Assembly (NCBI GenBank): GCA_951406725.2
Contig: OX597823.1
Span: 29,884,001 to 29,948,000, forward strand
Direction: 5' to 3'
Length of the DNA stretch: 64,000 nt
From: Octopus vulgaris
Lineage: Eukaryota
Under the pieces are notes generated by a model that was not told the origin of the DNA, did no database searches, and saw nothing but the letters and a program-made list of their open reading frames with translations. The translations under genes and the position numbers were made by a program. This document shows positions 40,256 to 55,238 of the stretch, piece by piece. How positions within the stretch are numbered: position 1 is the stretch's first letter; each line of letters opens with the position of its first letter.

Positions 40256-41258
40256 TGTTACGAATCACCTGCCGTCGCTCAAACTCTTCGGAAACCCGGA
40301 ACCCTACCAAGTCGAGCGACGACGATTGACCAGACTCAGTCGAACGGAGAATTCGCCACGGAAAGAGAGAATTCGGTGGGGGAAGGTGGCAGCGAACTCG
40401 GCAACCGGCGACCGGAGATAACAACAACAACAACGGCAGGAAGAGACACAGAGAGACACGGCGGAAAGCGGTTGACTTACGTTTAACAACAGTAGTTTAT
40501 AACAATTATTACGACATCAAATACAATGTAATATACATCAGGTACATCAAAGAAAATACATGCAAGAAAACAAGAAAATAACAATTCAAAGCATGCAGAT
40601 ACAATATACAGTTCAGAGACAAATTAGTTCAGATCAATTAATGTTCACGATTCAGTTCAAAGTTCAAATAATGTCTACATTAAAGTCTTTCTCTTTCTTT
40701 TTTCAACAATTCTGTAGCACAGTTCTTTTCACAATCTCTTTTCCTTAATTCAGTACTTCTTCCTCCTTTTTTTAAACACATCAATTCTTTTTCCTTCTTT
40801 AACACAAACAACACATACCGTTACATTTTCTCGTTACAACTCCTACTACGAATAGCCAAATGCCTTCATGCCGTAGTCCTTCTCTCTCGCTCTTCTTAAT
40901 CCTATCTGCCTTCTTCCTCTACGCTGTCATTCCTCTCGCTTGTCTGTCTTTCACATTCGCTGTCTCCGGCCGATTCCTAAACTGCCCTGTTACCAATTCA
41001 CTGTCTCCGGCCGAACTGTCCAATAGACTCCAGCTCCCGCTTTTTAAAGGGTAGCTTCCTCGACCCTTCATTGACTGGCACAAGGCCAAAAATCTCCTCA
41101 AAACTCATTAATCTTTCCAGAATCTGACGGAACAAAGGACAATAACTTTGTATCCCAGACTTCAAGACTACAATCTAGCAAAAGTAGGTCATAGCACTGT
41201 TTCTGAATTGACCCCCCCCCCCATATCAAAATATATATATATATATATATATATTACA
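40256..41258. mobile_element. Possible solo LTR
   Basis: Starts TGTTACG, ends ATTACA, ~1 kb non-coding with a GC-rich end; no TSD found. Confidence 0.35.
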
Positions 41259-41598
41259 AGGCATTAGTCGGCCCATATTAGAAGGCACTTGCCCGAGCTA
41301 AGGCTCTGTGCGACAGAAGCCGCAACTGCGAGGCTGCAAAGCAATCTTCTTGACCCCACAGCTGTGGCTGCGGTTGCGTTCTTGTGTGTTAGAAACTTTT
41401 TGAAAATGATACGTTGATTCAGCAGGAAGTGCTTGGCATGTGTGGTGAAAGTAAAGGCTGGTGTGTTTAATATGACATTATGCAAACCCGTATGCGTTCT
41501 TGCGCACGCGTATGTGTGAGTATGTGTACGAGTGTGTGTGTGTAAAGTAAAAAGTAAAAAGATAGATAGATAGATAAATAGGTTGGTAGGTAGGTAGG

Positions 41599-41717
<119 letters not shown>

Positions 41718-41930
41718 GTTTCTTTATTGGCCACACAGGGCTGCACACAGATGGGACAAGTTACAAGGTAGAGCTTTTCTTTTGGGGAGAAAAAAAAAGG
41801 TGGCGTGGGTTTTCGATCTAAAGGGATCGTAAAAGAGAAAAAAGAACAAAAAAAAAGAAAAAAGGAAAAGAAAAAAAGAAAAAAAGAAAAAAAGGAAAAG
41901 AAAAAAAGAAAAAAAGGGAAAAAAAGAAAT
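41718..41930 (-). mobile_element. Second copy of the 38621-38910 retroelement tail
   Basis: Near-identical first ~110 bp; flanked by (GATA)n. Confidence 0.6.
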
Positions 41931-41931
41931 G

Positions 41932-41965
<34 letters not shown>

Positions 41966-41966
41966 G

Positions 41967-42050
<84 letters not shown>

Positions 42051-42622
42051 AATATGCATATATACACACATACATGCATACATACATAGATGCATGCATA
42101 CATCCATCCATCCATCCATCCATCCATCCATCCATCCATACATACATACATACATACATACATGCATGCATCCATCCATCCATACATACATACATACATA
42201 CATACATACATACATACATACATACATGCATACATACAAGCGAGATCTCATGCCCACGTACATAGGTGCTTAAGCAATATTAAAAGAGAATGGATTACAG
42301 GAGTGAGGTGGGGACAGAGATAAGTGAGTCTAAAATATGCGGGTATATGAGTGTGTGGGATTACATGAAAATTGTTTTAAATTTCTAACCAATGAAATGG
42401 GAGTTGATGGAGAGGCAGAGTAAACAGAGTGGAACCAAAAGGAACTACAAGGAGCCTGCTTCTCCCTGCCAAATCTATTCATTATCGTTCGTCAGCTGAA
42501 TGTGTCCATTATGTTATAATTAGCGTTGATGACATAACTAGTCGATCCATGCAGCCATAACTGACGTCCAACTCCGCTGCTTTGAACAGCAGGCATATTT
42601 CTACAGCCATGAAATGCGTGTA

Positions 42623-42704
<82 letters not shown>

Positions 42705-42770
42705 ATAGATGTATAGTATACTTTGATAGGTTTCGGCCATTATTGGCCCAGGCCATGTCTAACTTAATTA

Positions 42771-42802
<32 letters not shown>

Positions 42803-43600
42803 CTTACACACATACATATATATACATATATATATATTATATACATATATATATCCATATATATATATACATATGCATATACATACAGGTGTATATATAT
42901 GTATATGCATATATATATATACACCCCCACATGCATAACCAAAAATCAACACGGATATACATATATACATGTGTGTGTGTGTGTGTGTGTGTAGTATATA
43001 TGTGCATGTCCACACACGCACACACATACTACATAAATATGATATATATTTATGTATGTATGTATGTATGTATGCATGCATGTATTAATGAATGTAAATG
43101 CATATACGCAAGAGAGAGAGGGGGTAGAGAGGGAAAGCGAGAGAAGAGGGAAACAGAGACGAACAGACAGACAGAGACAAATAGACAGACAGAGACAAAG
43201 AGACACAGAGAGAGACAGAGAGACAGAGAGAGACAAAGAGAGACAGAGAGGGACAGAATGACGGAGAAAACACCGTCTTTGTACGTGGAAAGTGCAGCTG
43301 ACCTCATCGTTGTAACTTCACTGACGCTCTAAGTATGCTGCTGCTAAGAACGTTCATGTTACGTTATTGTTGCTGCTGCTACTACTGTTGCTGCTGTTGC
43401 TGATGATGATGATGGTGATGATTATGTCGATGGTGTTACTGCTGACGATGAAGATTTATGGCGGTGATGGTTAAGCTTACGAGGATGGTTGTTAATGATG
43501 ATGATGATAATGTTGGTGATAGTGCTGATGATATTAACGTTGGTGATGGTAATTTCTCTCTGTACATCTGCTTGTATGATATACATACATACATACATAA

Positions 43601-43709
<109 letters not shown>

Positions 43710-43827
43710 GACCGTTGTTAATGTATTCAGTTAAAATCGACCAGGCAGTCATTAGGTGTTGACAGAGATAGATTGATATGTTTTGAGTATAGCTGTATGT
43801 GTTTATATGTGTATTTATACGTGTGTG

Positions 43828-43921
<94 letters not shown>

Positions 43922-44039
43922 CGGCGCTGGAGTGGCTGTGTGGTAAGTACCTTGCTTATGAACCACATGATTCCTAGTTCAGTGCCACTGTGTGGCACTT
44001 TGGCCAAGTGTCTTCTACTATAGCCTCGGCCTGACCAAA

Positions 44040-44830
44040 GCATCTGAAAGAGATCGAAAGAGGTGGAAATCGGTTGGTGCCGAATCAGGAGACTACGGCG
44101 GGTGTGGCAGCACTTCCCAGCCATGCCATGCGTTTGAATGGCTTCCTTGGTCACATTGGCGATATGAGGGTGGGTGTTGTCGTGCAGCATAAGAATTCCA
44201 TGCTGACTATTAGGTCTTTTCTCTTGAATAGCCGTGTTGAGTCGTTCCATCAGTTGAACATAGAGTTCCGCGTTGACCGTTTGGTTCCGTTCAAGCAATT
44301 CGTAATGGATAATTCCTTCCCAGTCCCACCATACGCACAACATCGTTTTACGCGGATGAAGATCTTGTTTCACGCGCGGTGTCGCTTGTTAACCAGGGCT
44401 AAGCCATTCCTTACGCTGCTTCATATTGATTTACAGGCACCATTTTTCGTCGCCAGTAACGATTCGGTAAAGAAATCGTTGCTTGTGTCCATGAGTTGAA
44501 CAGTAACGATCAAGCAAACTAGCGGAGATTGTGGCTCGTTGATTTTTGTTGTTGTCACTTAAAGGATGCGGAACCCATGCTCCATACATATGAAACTTTC
44601 TCATTGAGTGAAGATGCTTCTATATAGCAATGTGGGAGCATTCTATTTTCTCTGCCAATTCTCTTGTCGTTTGACGAGAAATTTCGGGCAAAAGTTGGTT
44701 TCATCGCTCTTCATCGAACTCAACTGGATGGCTAGAACGAGGTGCGTCTTTGAGGTCAAAATTTCCATTTCTCAACTTGGCATACCAATCACGAGCGGTT
44801 CTTTCAGCTATGACACCCTCTCCATACACC
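44040..44830 (-). mobile_element. mariner transposase fragment
   Basis: [52 protein letters not shown]; frameshifted, SINE fragments at both ends. Confidence 0.9.
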
Positions 44831-44924
44831 TCGAAAGGATGAAAGGCAAAGTCGACCTCGGCTGATTTGAACACCCCTGCCAAAAGACAAAAAGAAATTA
44901 ATAATAATAATAATAATGATAATG

Positions 44925-45013
<89 letters not shown>

Positions 45014-45180
45014 GTGAGAACTATTACTACCCATGTATTTTAATTTAACTTTATTTCTATAAAAGAAAAATGAACGAACTAGTGAGTTTAATGGCCTACC
45101 ATGAGTTTCTTTGCCCTAGGAGTCGGGAAGACACTCGGCAAGAAATGGAAGCAAATTTGAAAGAAGAAGAAAAACCCATA

Positions 45181-45242
<62 letters not shown>

Positions 45243-45244
45243 CA

Positions 45245-45914
<670 letters not shown>

Positions 45915-46941
45915 AAGAAGAAGAAGAAGAGACTGCATTAAGGGTTGCTGTCAGCCCAGGCAAGCTTAATTTTGGCGCCTTTACAAGCCAAATTGTAAAT
46001 GTTGGACCAGAAAAATGTAAAACTAAAATGCTTGTTTATAATTCATCCCTTTGCATTGCTCGCAACATCCCATGCACATCGTGTGACAACTTGGATCAGC
46101 GTCTGAGTTACCGGTGCCTTCAACCGGCCCTGTGTTTAAAAGATGAGATCTCAATTATTCTCAGTCTGCTACTAATTAACCAATTAATATTCTGATTACT
46201 CTGTCAAATGTAATACTTTTTTATTCACATTGTTTTAAATCAATCATGCATTATCTTGTAGCTTTTGTTGCTCTAATCGTTTATTTTCAGAATGACATTG
46301 TAGAGCACGTATGAGAAGCAGGTTTGGACTTAAAACAGGTCGAATATTTGATCTGGATTTGGTCGGTTTTAAAAGTTAAAAAAATCAAGCTCGCTCCTAC
46401 AATTGAGAATATTTTCTCAATATTCGCGAAATTTTACCCTGCTATGCTCATTGCCAGTTTTGTTAAGCATGTGATGTCGATTACACACTGGTAACTAGAG
46501 CGAAAGAAATTATTTTACAAGACGTTGAAATATCAATCTTTATTATTCCAGGTCACTAACGAGTGCTGCTGGCAGACAAATAGGCCATGATTTTTCCACG
46601 GTTTTCTTAAATAAATCAGACGTTGAAGAAAGCACAGTTCATGCTTCTATGATGATGAGTGTATATATCTTCAGACCTACGATCTTGTCTGAATTATTGG
46701 CAACAAAGAGGATTCCGTTAAAGAAACTAAAAGTCAAGGCTGTGGTGTTTAACCTAGGGATGCTGAAAGGTAAACCACTTATTCAACCATCACTGACAGA
46801 ATTCTTACAACGAACAGGACTCTATTAACGAAAACCCGGAAACAAATTGTGGTTTTAAAATGGAACAGCGGAACGATTTACCTCTCTATTTAATAGCCAC
46901 GACAAGATGAATACAAATTTAACTTTTAAGGGGTGAACATC

Positions 46942-47317
<376 letters not shown>

Positions 47318-47722
47318 TTTTATTGATTTTGCCATCCAGTGACCTAAGTGGAAATATTGTTCTTTTTAATTCTTTATTTGTTTCAGTGATTGGATGAGGC
47401 TGAACCCAGAACCATGTGGTTGGGAAGCTAAAAGTCCTCCAAAATGATTAATATACATGGTACTTTATTCAACACGACGTAACACAAAACCACGAACATG
47501 GATGAGATTAAATCGCCAGGCAATACTTATTTTATCGAACCTAGAATCCGAAAACAGCATCGCGGGACGAGAACGATTATAATACTGAAGGCATCTAAAA
47601 TGTACCAGTCATTCTCCTCATTAACCCGGCTTTTATGTACAACAATGAATACATACATACATACATACATACATACATACATACATACATACACAATATA
47701 TTATTATTATTATTATCCATAA

Positions 47723-48119
47723 GGTGGCGAGCTGGCAGAAACGTTAGTACGCCGGGCGAAATGTCTAGCGGTATTTCATCTGCCGTTATGTTCTGAGTTC
47801 AAATTCCGCCGAGGTCGACTTTACCTTTCATCCTTTCGATAAATTAAGTACCAGTTTCGCACTGGGGTCGATGTAATCGACTTAATTCGTTTGTCTGTCC
47901 TTGTTTGTCCCCTCTCCTCTGTGTTTAGCCCCTTGTGGGTAGTAAAGAAATAGGTATTTCGTCTGTCTTTACGTCCCGAGTTCAAATTCCGCCGAGGTCG
48001 ACTTTGCCTTTCATCCTTTCGGGGTCGATAAATTAAGTACCAGTTGCGCACTGGCGTCTATCTAATCGACTGCGCCCCCCCCCAAATTTCGGGCCTTGTG
48101 CCCAGAGTAGAAAAGAATA

Positions 48120-48120
<1 letters not shown>
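47723..48120 (+). mobile_element. SINE family B, dimeric copy
   Basis: Head ggtggcgagctggcagaaacgttag; core repeated twice. Confidence 0.88.
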
Positions 48121-48187
<67 letters not shown>

Positions 48188-48486
48188 CATTATTATTATT
48201 ATTGAAAAAGAAATAGAGAATGGAGAGGGAAAAGCTGGGATCTTTTCATTTTCCAAAAGCTGTCCTAATGGCAAGAGTGGATGGTACCTCTCTTGCTCCT
48301 AGGGTTTCAGGAATATCTCAAACAGTGAGGTTCGTCGATTACCCCGAGAGGTCTTCCTCGATCAGGCTGGCCACATCTCTATCATCCTCCCCGCCACTTT
48401 TTTAAAACTTTTGTATGCTCTGCCTGTCCTTTCTTTTTCGGTATAACCTTGTGTACTTTTTTTAAAAATCTTTTCATTATCATATA

Positions 48487-48861
48487 CTAGCAGTATCGCC
48501 CGGCGTTGCTCGGGTTTGTAAGGGAAATAACTATATAAGCATTTTTAGAGAGTTATAGCCAAAAAATAGCAAAAAAAAATGCATTAAAAATGGAAAAAAA
48601 ATTATAGTAACTTTTTTTTAAATCGTTGACCCATCGTAGACATTTTTAGAGAGTTACTTCCCTTATATAATAGCGAAAAAATGCATTAAAATGGAAAAAA
48701 ATGATGGTAAATTATTTTTAAAATCGTAGACTCATCGTAGACGCGCGCTAATACTCAGAAGGGCTCGATGACTATAAGATACCCGCTTTTGGTTAAACTG
48801 GAGTAGTTAGGAATCTAAATCGTAGGAGACAGACACACAACTTCACTTTTATATATAAAGA
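48487..48861 (-). mobile_element. Non-autonomous Helitron
   Basis: Minus strand 5' TC(tttatatataaaa), 3' hairpin cccgagcaacgccggg then CTAG, inserted between A and T, no TSD; internal tandem duplication. Confidence 0.85.
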
Positions 48862-49199
48862 TATGTAAACCCCCTACACTTTATGTCTGTCTCTGTATTG
48901 TCCCCCCCACACACCCACCCACCCTTATCCTTCGCCTTGTGGAAAATAATTATTACTGTCAAACATTTTATACTTATACTATATGATAGAGAAAGTAAAT
49001 CCGCATAAAGTGTTTATGTCTGTAAAGCGACATCAGATGCATGTAACCTGTTGAATAGCAGAGAAGACATGTTGCTACGGAAGCGACACCAGTTACAGTT
49101 TATGAGAGGGAGAGCGAGTCTTCTCGACAAGGCCCGCACGCACCCGGTGGGAGGTGAAAAAAAAACCTCGACGGACGATTTTACGAGACTCTCTGTCTT

Positions 49200-50570
49200 C
49201 TTTTGCCCTCCTCACCCCCTCCTGCCAAACTTTTTCTTTCTCATTTCTTTCTTTCTCTACTATCTCTCCGCTTGTTTTTCATTCCTTCCCTTCTCCCACT
49301 CTTTCTACCGTTCTCTCTCTCTCTCTCTCTCTCTTCCTAACACACACACACTCACAAACACACACAAACGCGCACACTCACACATATACCACTTGGTCTT
49401 TCTTTATTCACGTATTTCCTCGATGCTTTTCTTTTCTCTATCTCTCTATCTTTCTTATCTTTCTCTCCTTCATATTTCTCTCTCTCTTTCTTTTCTCTAT
49501 CTCTCTATCTTTCTTATCTTTCTCTCCTTCATATTTCTCTCTCTCTTTCTTATCTCTCTCATTCTTATCTCTTTCTCTTTCTCATTCTTATCTCTCTATC
49601 TCTCATACTGTATCTTTGTCTTCTCTGTCATTCTTATCTCTCTCTCTATCGCTGCTTCTTCCCCTCTCTATTTCTCTGTTAATCTGTCCATCCTCCTATA
49701 ACCCTCTTTCTCAACTTTCATTGGTCTTCTTTCTGTCTCTTTCTTTCTCTCTTTCTCTCTCCTCTCCCTCTTTCTTCAGCATTTGTCGTTCTCCAATCTG
49801 CCTCTCTTCTCTCTGTCTTTCTCAATCTATCCATCTATATCTCTCTCTCTCCCTATATTCTCTTTCCCCTTTGTTATTCGACCGACCACATTATGACCTG
49901 CTACAGCGACACCAGATACTTTTGCTCGTTCCGTCCATCTGGGACAGAATTCTGGGACAGAAATTCTTCTTTTTATCTCTCTCTATCTCATTTTCTTTCT
50001 TTCACTCACTCACTCTCTCTCTCTCACTTTCCACTCTATCCTCTCTTTCTATCTTCCTCTCTCTCTTTCTCCCTCTCTCTCTCTCACTATTCCTCCACTC
50101 TACACATTCTTCTCGCACCAACCTTCCTCCCTTTAAATTTTTCTTCCTTCTTTAATTTTCTTGGCCTTTTTTTTTTTTTTTACAGACCTCTTTTTCGCTC
50201 TCTATCTCTTTCACTCACTCTTCCTTCTTTCTCTTTCTCCTTTTTCTCCTCTCCCTATTTCTAATATCTCCTCCCGTTTATCTCTTCCAAGTCTTCCTCC
50301 CCTTCTCTCTCTCCCGTTCTCTCCTATTCATTCACAGTTCCTTTGAAGTTCCCCCATTTTCTCCTTACCTTTCCACCTTATCTCACTTTTCCTCTTTAAT
50401 TTCAATATATATTATATTGTATTATTATTGCTTCTCTGTTATTATCCTCTTTATCTCTCTTTCACTAGGTTACTTATCCTAGCTTATCCTCTCCAAAACC
50501 TCTTAATATTTCTTTCACAACAACCTTTCTTTTTTTATTCACTCTCTCTCCCTGTCGCTCTATTAGTTTT
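49200..50570. repeat. Long CT-rich polypyrimidine low-complexity tract
   Basis: Degenerate (CT)n / (TCTA)n. Confidence 0.85.
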
Positions 50571-50577
50571 CCTTTAA

Positions 50578-50655
<78 letters not shown>

Positions 50656-50709
50656 ATCTATCTATCTATCTGGCTGGCTGTCTGACTATCTATTTGCCTA
50701 TTATATCCA

Positions 50710-50938
50710 TTTCTTTACTACCCACAAGGGACTAAACACACAGGGGGCGAACAAGGACAGACAAACGGATTAAGTCGTTTATATCGACCCCAGTGCGTAA
50801 CTGGTACTTATTTAATCGACCCCGAAAGGATGAAAGGCAAAGTCGACCTCGGCGGAATTTGAACTCAGAACGTAACGGCAGACGAAATATGGCCACGCAT
50901 TTCGCCCGGCGTGCTAACGTTTCTGCCAGCTCACCGCC
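50710..50938 (-). mobile_element. SINE family B, full-length monomer
   Basis: Head, core and tail all present. Confidence 0.88.
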
Positions 50939-50945
50939 TTATCTA

Positions 50946-51068
<123 letters not shown>

Positions 51069-52204
51069 GACAGGCTTCTTTCAGTTTCCATCTACCAAAT
51101 CCACTCACAAGGCTTTGGTCGGTCCGAGGCTATAGTAGGAGACACTTGCCCAAGGTGCCACACAGTGGGACTGAACCCGGAACCATGTGGTTGGGAAACA
51201 AGCTTCTTACCACACAGCCACGCATGTATGTATGTATGTATGTATATGTATGTATGTATGTATGTAGCTTTCTAAGTATTCCGGGCTGCTGTGTCATTGT
51301 TGGGTGGGTGTGGATTAGATCTGGAGTGTTGCTTTAGTGTTCTGGGCTTTCGTTGTAGCATTCTAGATTGTCCTGTTGGCGTTGTAGTGGAGTCTAGGAG
51401 ATGTTATGATAGAGTTCTGCGGTACTGTAACAGTGTTGTGAGAATGTTGTAGTGTTGACAAGATGGTGCTATAATAATGTTCCGGAGTGGTGTAAAAACA
51501 TGTCTGGACTGAGTGATGTGATGATGTTTGTGTTTAGACTGATGGAAAGGACAATGTTCTTATGATAGTGTTTGCTAAATTATTCTGAAGTACTGTGGAG
51601 GTGTCTGGGCTGATTAGCTGGGAATGTACATGTAGACACATGTAAAGATAGACAATGGGATATTTAGAATTTGATCTAGGACCGAATTGTCCATTGTTAA
51701 TATTATGATAGTCTTTCATTTCCATGTATTTTGTTTCGTTTGTCAACAGACTGACACTATGGCATGTGCTCACTGCGATGGTGACAATACTATAGGGCAC
51801 AATTTGATGTGGGGGGCGGGGATGGCCAAACGATGTGTACACAACGATGGTAACAGCGCTGGATTAACCATTAAACAAAATAAGTCCGTGCTTAAAGTAT
51901 CAAGGGAAGGAGGGGGGCAACATAGAAATGGTAAATGGCTTACGGCACAAAAGAAATCACTTTAAACTTGCTAAAATAATATTTGGGATGCCTTTGTCTC
52001 TACTAAGTATAGACGCAGATGTGGTACCTAAGATTAATTTTGAGGATCTGATCATGATCAAAGAGTTTGCAATTCAAAAAAGTAGAAGGAAACTTTTCAA
52101 ATATAAATAAAGTGGAAGTATTCAAAAATAAACATTATTTTCCCTCTTACTGTTTCGTTTCGTTTTGAAAAATAAAGACTTATTCTATGGTTTGTTAATG
52201 TTTT

Positions 52205-52361
52205 GGAGTGGCTGTGTGGTAAGTAGCTTGCTTAACAACCACATGGTCATGGGTTCAGTCCCAATGCGTGGCACTTTGGCCAAGTGTCTTCTACTATAGG
52301 CTCGGGCCGACCAAAGCCTTGTGAGTGGATTTGGTAGACAGAAACCTGAAGAAACCCGTTG

Positions 52362-52451
<90 letters not shown>

Positions 52452-52680
52452 CGTGTGTGTGTGTATGTTTGTGTGTCTGTGTTTGTCCCCCCCCCAACAT
52501 CACTTGACAACCGATGCTGGTGTGTTTATGTCCCCGCAGCCCAGCGGTTCGGCAAAAGACCCCGATAGAATAAGTACTAGGCTTACAAAGAACAAGTCCC
52601 GGGGTCGATTTGCTCGACTAAAGGCGGTGCTCCAGCATGGCCGCAGTCAAATGACTTAAACAAGTAAACAGAATAAAAGA
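52205..52680 (+). mobile_element. SINE family A, full length, with expanded internal (TG)n
   Basis: Family A; faces an inverted copy at 52812-53122. Confidence 0.9.
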
Positions 52681-52811
52681 ATATTTTGAATTACATAATC
52701 CTTAAATTGCTTAGGGCCACAATGGGTCTTAATCCAGCCCCGGATGGTGACAGTCCACTGTGTATATACGCCGTGATGATAATACGATATGTTTTGATGA
52801 TATCTCTTCTC

Positions 52812-53027
52812 TCTTTTATCTCTTTTACTTGTTTCAGTCATTTGACTGCGGCCATGCTGGAGCACCGCCTTTAGTCGGGCAAATCGACCCCGGGACTTAT
52901 TCTTTGTAAGCCCAGTACTTATTCTATCGGTCTCTTTTTTTTGCCGAACCGCTAAGTGACGGGGGACATAAACACACCAGCATCGGTTGTCAAGCAATGC
53001 TAGGGGGACAAACACAGACACACAAAC

Positions 53028-53070
<43 letters not shown>

Positions 53071-53122
53071 CATATATACGACAGGCTTCTTTCAGTTTCT
53101 GTCTACCAAATCCACTCACAAG
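52812..53122 (-). mobile_element. SINE family A, 5'-truncated
   Basis: Reverse complement of the family A 3' two-thirds. Confidence 0.88.
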
Positions 53123-53429
53123 GCAGGGAGATTTTTAAAGTTGTTTCTAGTTTGTTGTGGGCAGAAGAAGCAGAGGTGAGGAGAGGTTGGGCTGGCACAG
53201 TTCGTGACGAAGAATTTAATACATTATTTGTGACCTCGGTTCCGTGAAATAGTTGACATATCTCTTACTCGAAGTATCTTTACCATTTTTCTGACTGAAG
53301 GAGAAAAAAAAAAAAGAGAGAGAATTAAAATATAAGATCAACATTAATTTAATGAAAGTCTCGGAGGGCCTTGACAGGATTTCCTTACATGGAATAATTA
53401 CAGTGACATTTCTGTACTGCTCCTGCAAA

Positions 53430-53488
53430 ATTTACTGCTGCTACCGCTGCTACTGCTGCTACTGCTTTTGTTGTTGTTGTTGTTGTAG

Positions 53489-53531
<43 letters not shown>

Positions 53532-53613
53532 GGTGGTGGTGGTGGTGGTGGCGAAGGCAGTGATACCACTACTGTTACTGCTGCTGTTGCTGCTGCTGTT
53601 GTTGTTGTTGTTG

Positions 53614-53648
<35 letters not shown>

Positions 53649-53769
53649 ACTACTGATGCTGCTGCTGCTGCTGCTGATACTACTGATGATAATGATGTAG
53701 TGGTGGTAAAGGTGGTGGTGGTGGTGGTGGTGGTGGTAGTGACAATGGCGGGGGCAGCAGCGGTGATTG

Positions 53770-53804
<35 letters not shown>

Positions 53805-54040
53805 TTGATAATGTTATGAGGATGACGATGATGATAATGATCGCAATGACGAAAAGGAGGAGGACAGTGACAATGATGATGATGATGATGATGTTAAATA
53901 TAATGAGGATGATGATGATGATGTTAAATATAATGAGGATGATGATGATGATGATCGCAATGAGGAGGCGGAGGAGGACAGGGACGATGATGATGATGAT
54001 AATGATGACAACTATGATGTTGCAGTTTTTGTGACCACCA
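53430..54040. repeat. Compound trinucleotide repeat tract
   Basis: (TGC)n,(TTG)n,(TGG)n,(TGA)n,(GAG)n. Confidence 0.9.
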
Positions 54041-54841
54041 CCATTGCTGCTGCTGGACGGCGGATGGCAAAATTAGAAGGTTGACTCAATGTGTGGCGAT
54101 GCATAAAAACTAAAGTCGTATCACTTACACGAGTTAGTGTGGTTGTTCTTGTTGTCGTTGTTATTGTTTCATATGCTGTTATTGTTGTGTTTCATCTATT
54201 GCAGTTGTTGCTATTGGATACAGTCCAAAATGTACAGCCACCCGTAATAGATATCGAGGCAATTCTTCTGTTTTATCTTCTGGTGTGGCTGGTTAATGAG
54301 CAGCTGCAGTTAAAATTATGTGTGTGTGTGTGTGTGTGTGCATGTGCTTGTGTGTGCGTGAGCCTCTGTGTGTGTGGGTGTGTGTGTGTATAAATGCTAA
54401 TGCAATGCCTATCGACAAGAATATAAGTATATTATAATGGAAACGGAGAAATATCTAGAAATGTATGCTTCTTTTGAGTGTGTACAGTTGTGTGTGTGCG
54501 TGTGTGTGTGTGCGTGTGTGTGTGTGTGTGTATGTGCATGGATGTATGTACGTATATACACGATCGAACAGACTCAAAAGAAAGCAGGTGCTGGCCTGCG
54601 TCTGCAAGACATGTATCATTTAGTAGAACTGGCCAAGAAGTACAGTGAACTTGCTATGGGGAGTGGAGAACCCGACTTTTCGGAAAGAGGCCTCCTTCGG
54701 GTAAAAGTTGACAGAATTTGAATTAAAGAGAAACGAGAGACTTGGGTTTGATAAACTAGCTTCAACTAATAGGGAACCATGTGGTTGGGAAGCAAGATCC
54801 TTACCACACAGCCACGCCACATATTTTCCGGAAATATTCAA

Positions 54842-55238
54842 GGCGCAAGAGTGGCTGTGTGGTAAGTAGCTTGCTTACCAATCACATGGTTCCGGGTTCA
54901 TTCCCACTGCGTGGCACCTTGGGCAAGTGTCTTCTACTATAGCCTCGGGCCGACCAAGGCCTTGTGAGTGGATTTGGTAGACGGAAACTGGAAGAAGCCC
55001 GTCGTATATATGTATGTATGCATATGTTTGTGTGTCTGTGTTTGTCCCCCCACCATTGCTTGACAACCGATGGTGGTGCGTTTAGGTCCCGTAACTTAGC
55101 GGTTCAGCAAAAGAAACTGATAGAATAAGTACTAGGCTTACAAAGAATAAGTCTTGGGGTCGATTTACTCGACTAGAAGGCGGTGCTCCAGCATGGCCGC
55201 AGTCAAATGACTGAAACAAGTAAAAGAGAGTAAGAGTA
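54842..55238 (+). mobile_element. SINE family A, full length
   Basis: Head, body and tail intact. Confidence 0.9.

Noticed and set aside
53352-54034. ORFs with poly-C/G/A/V/M/D tracts
   Set aside because: Compound trinucleotide repeat without domain content or splice evidence
54560-54775. Short coding-like segment QTQKKAGAGLRLQDMYHL...
   Set aside because: Could be a LINE scrap or an exon; no diagnostic motif
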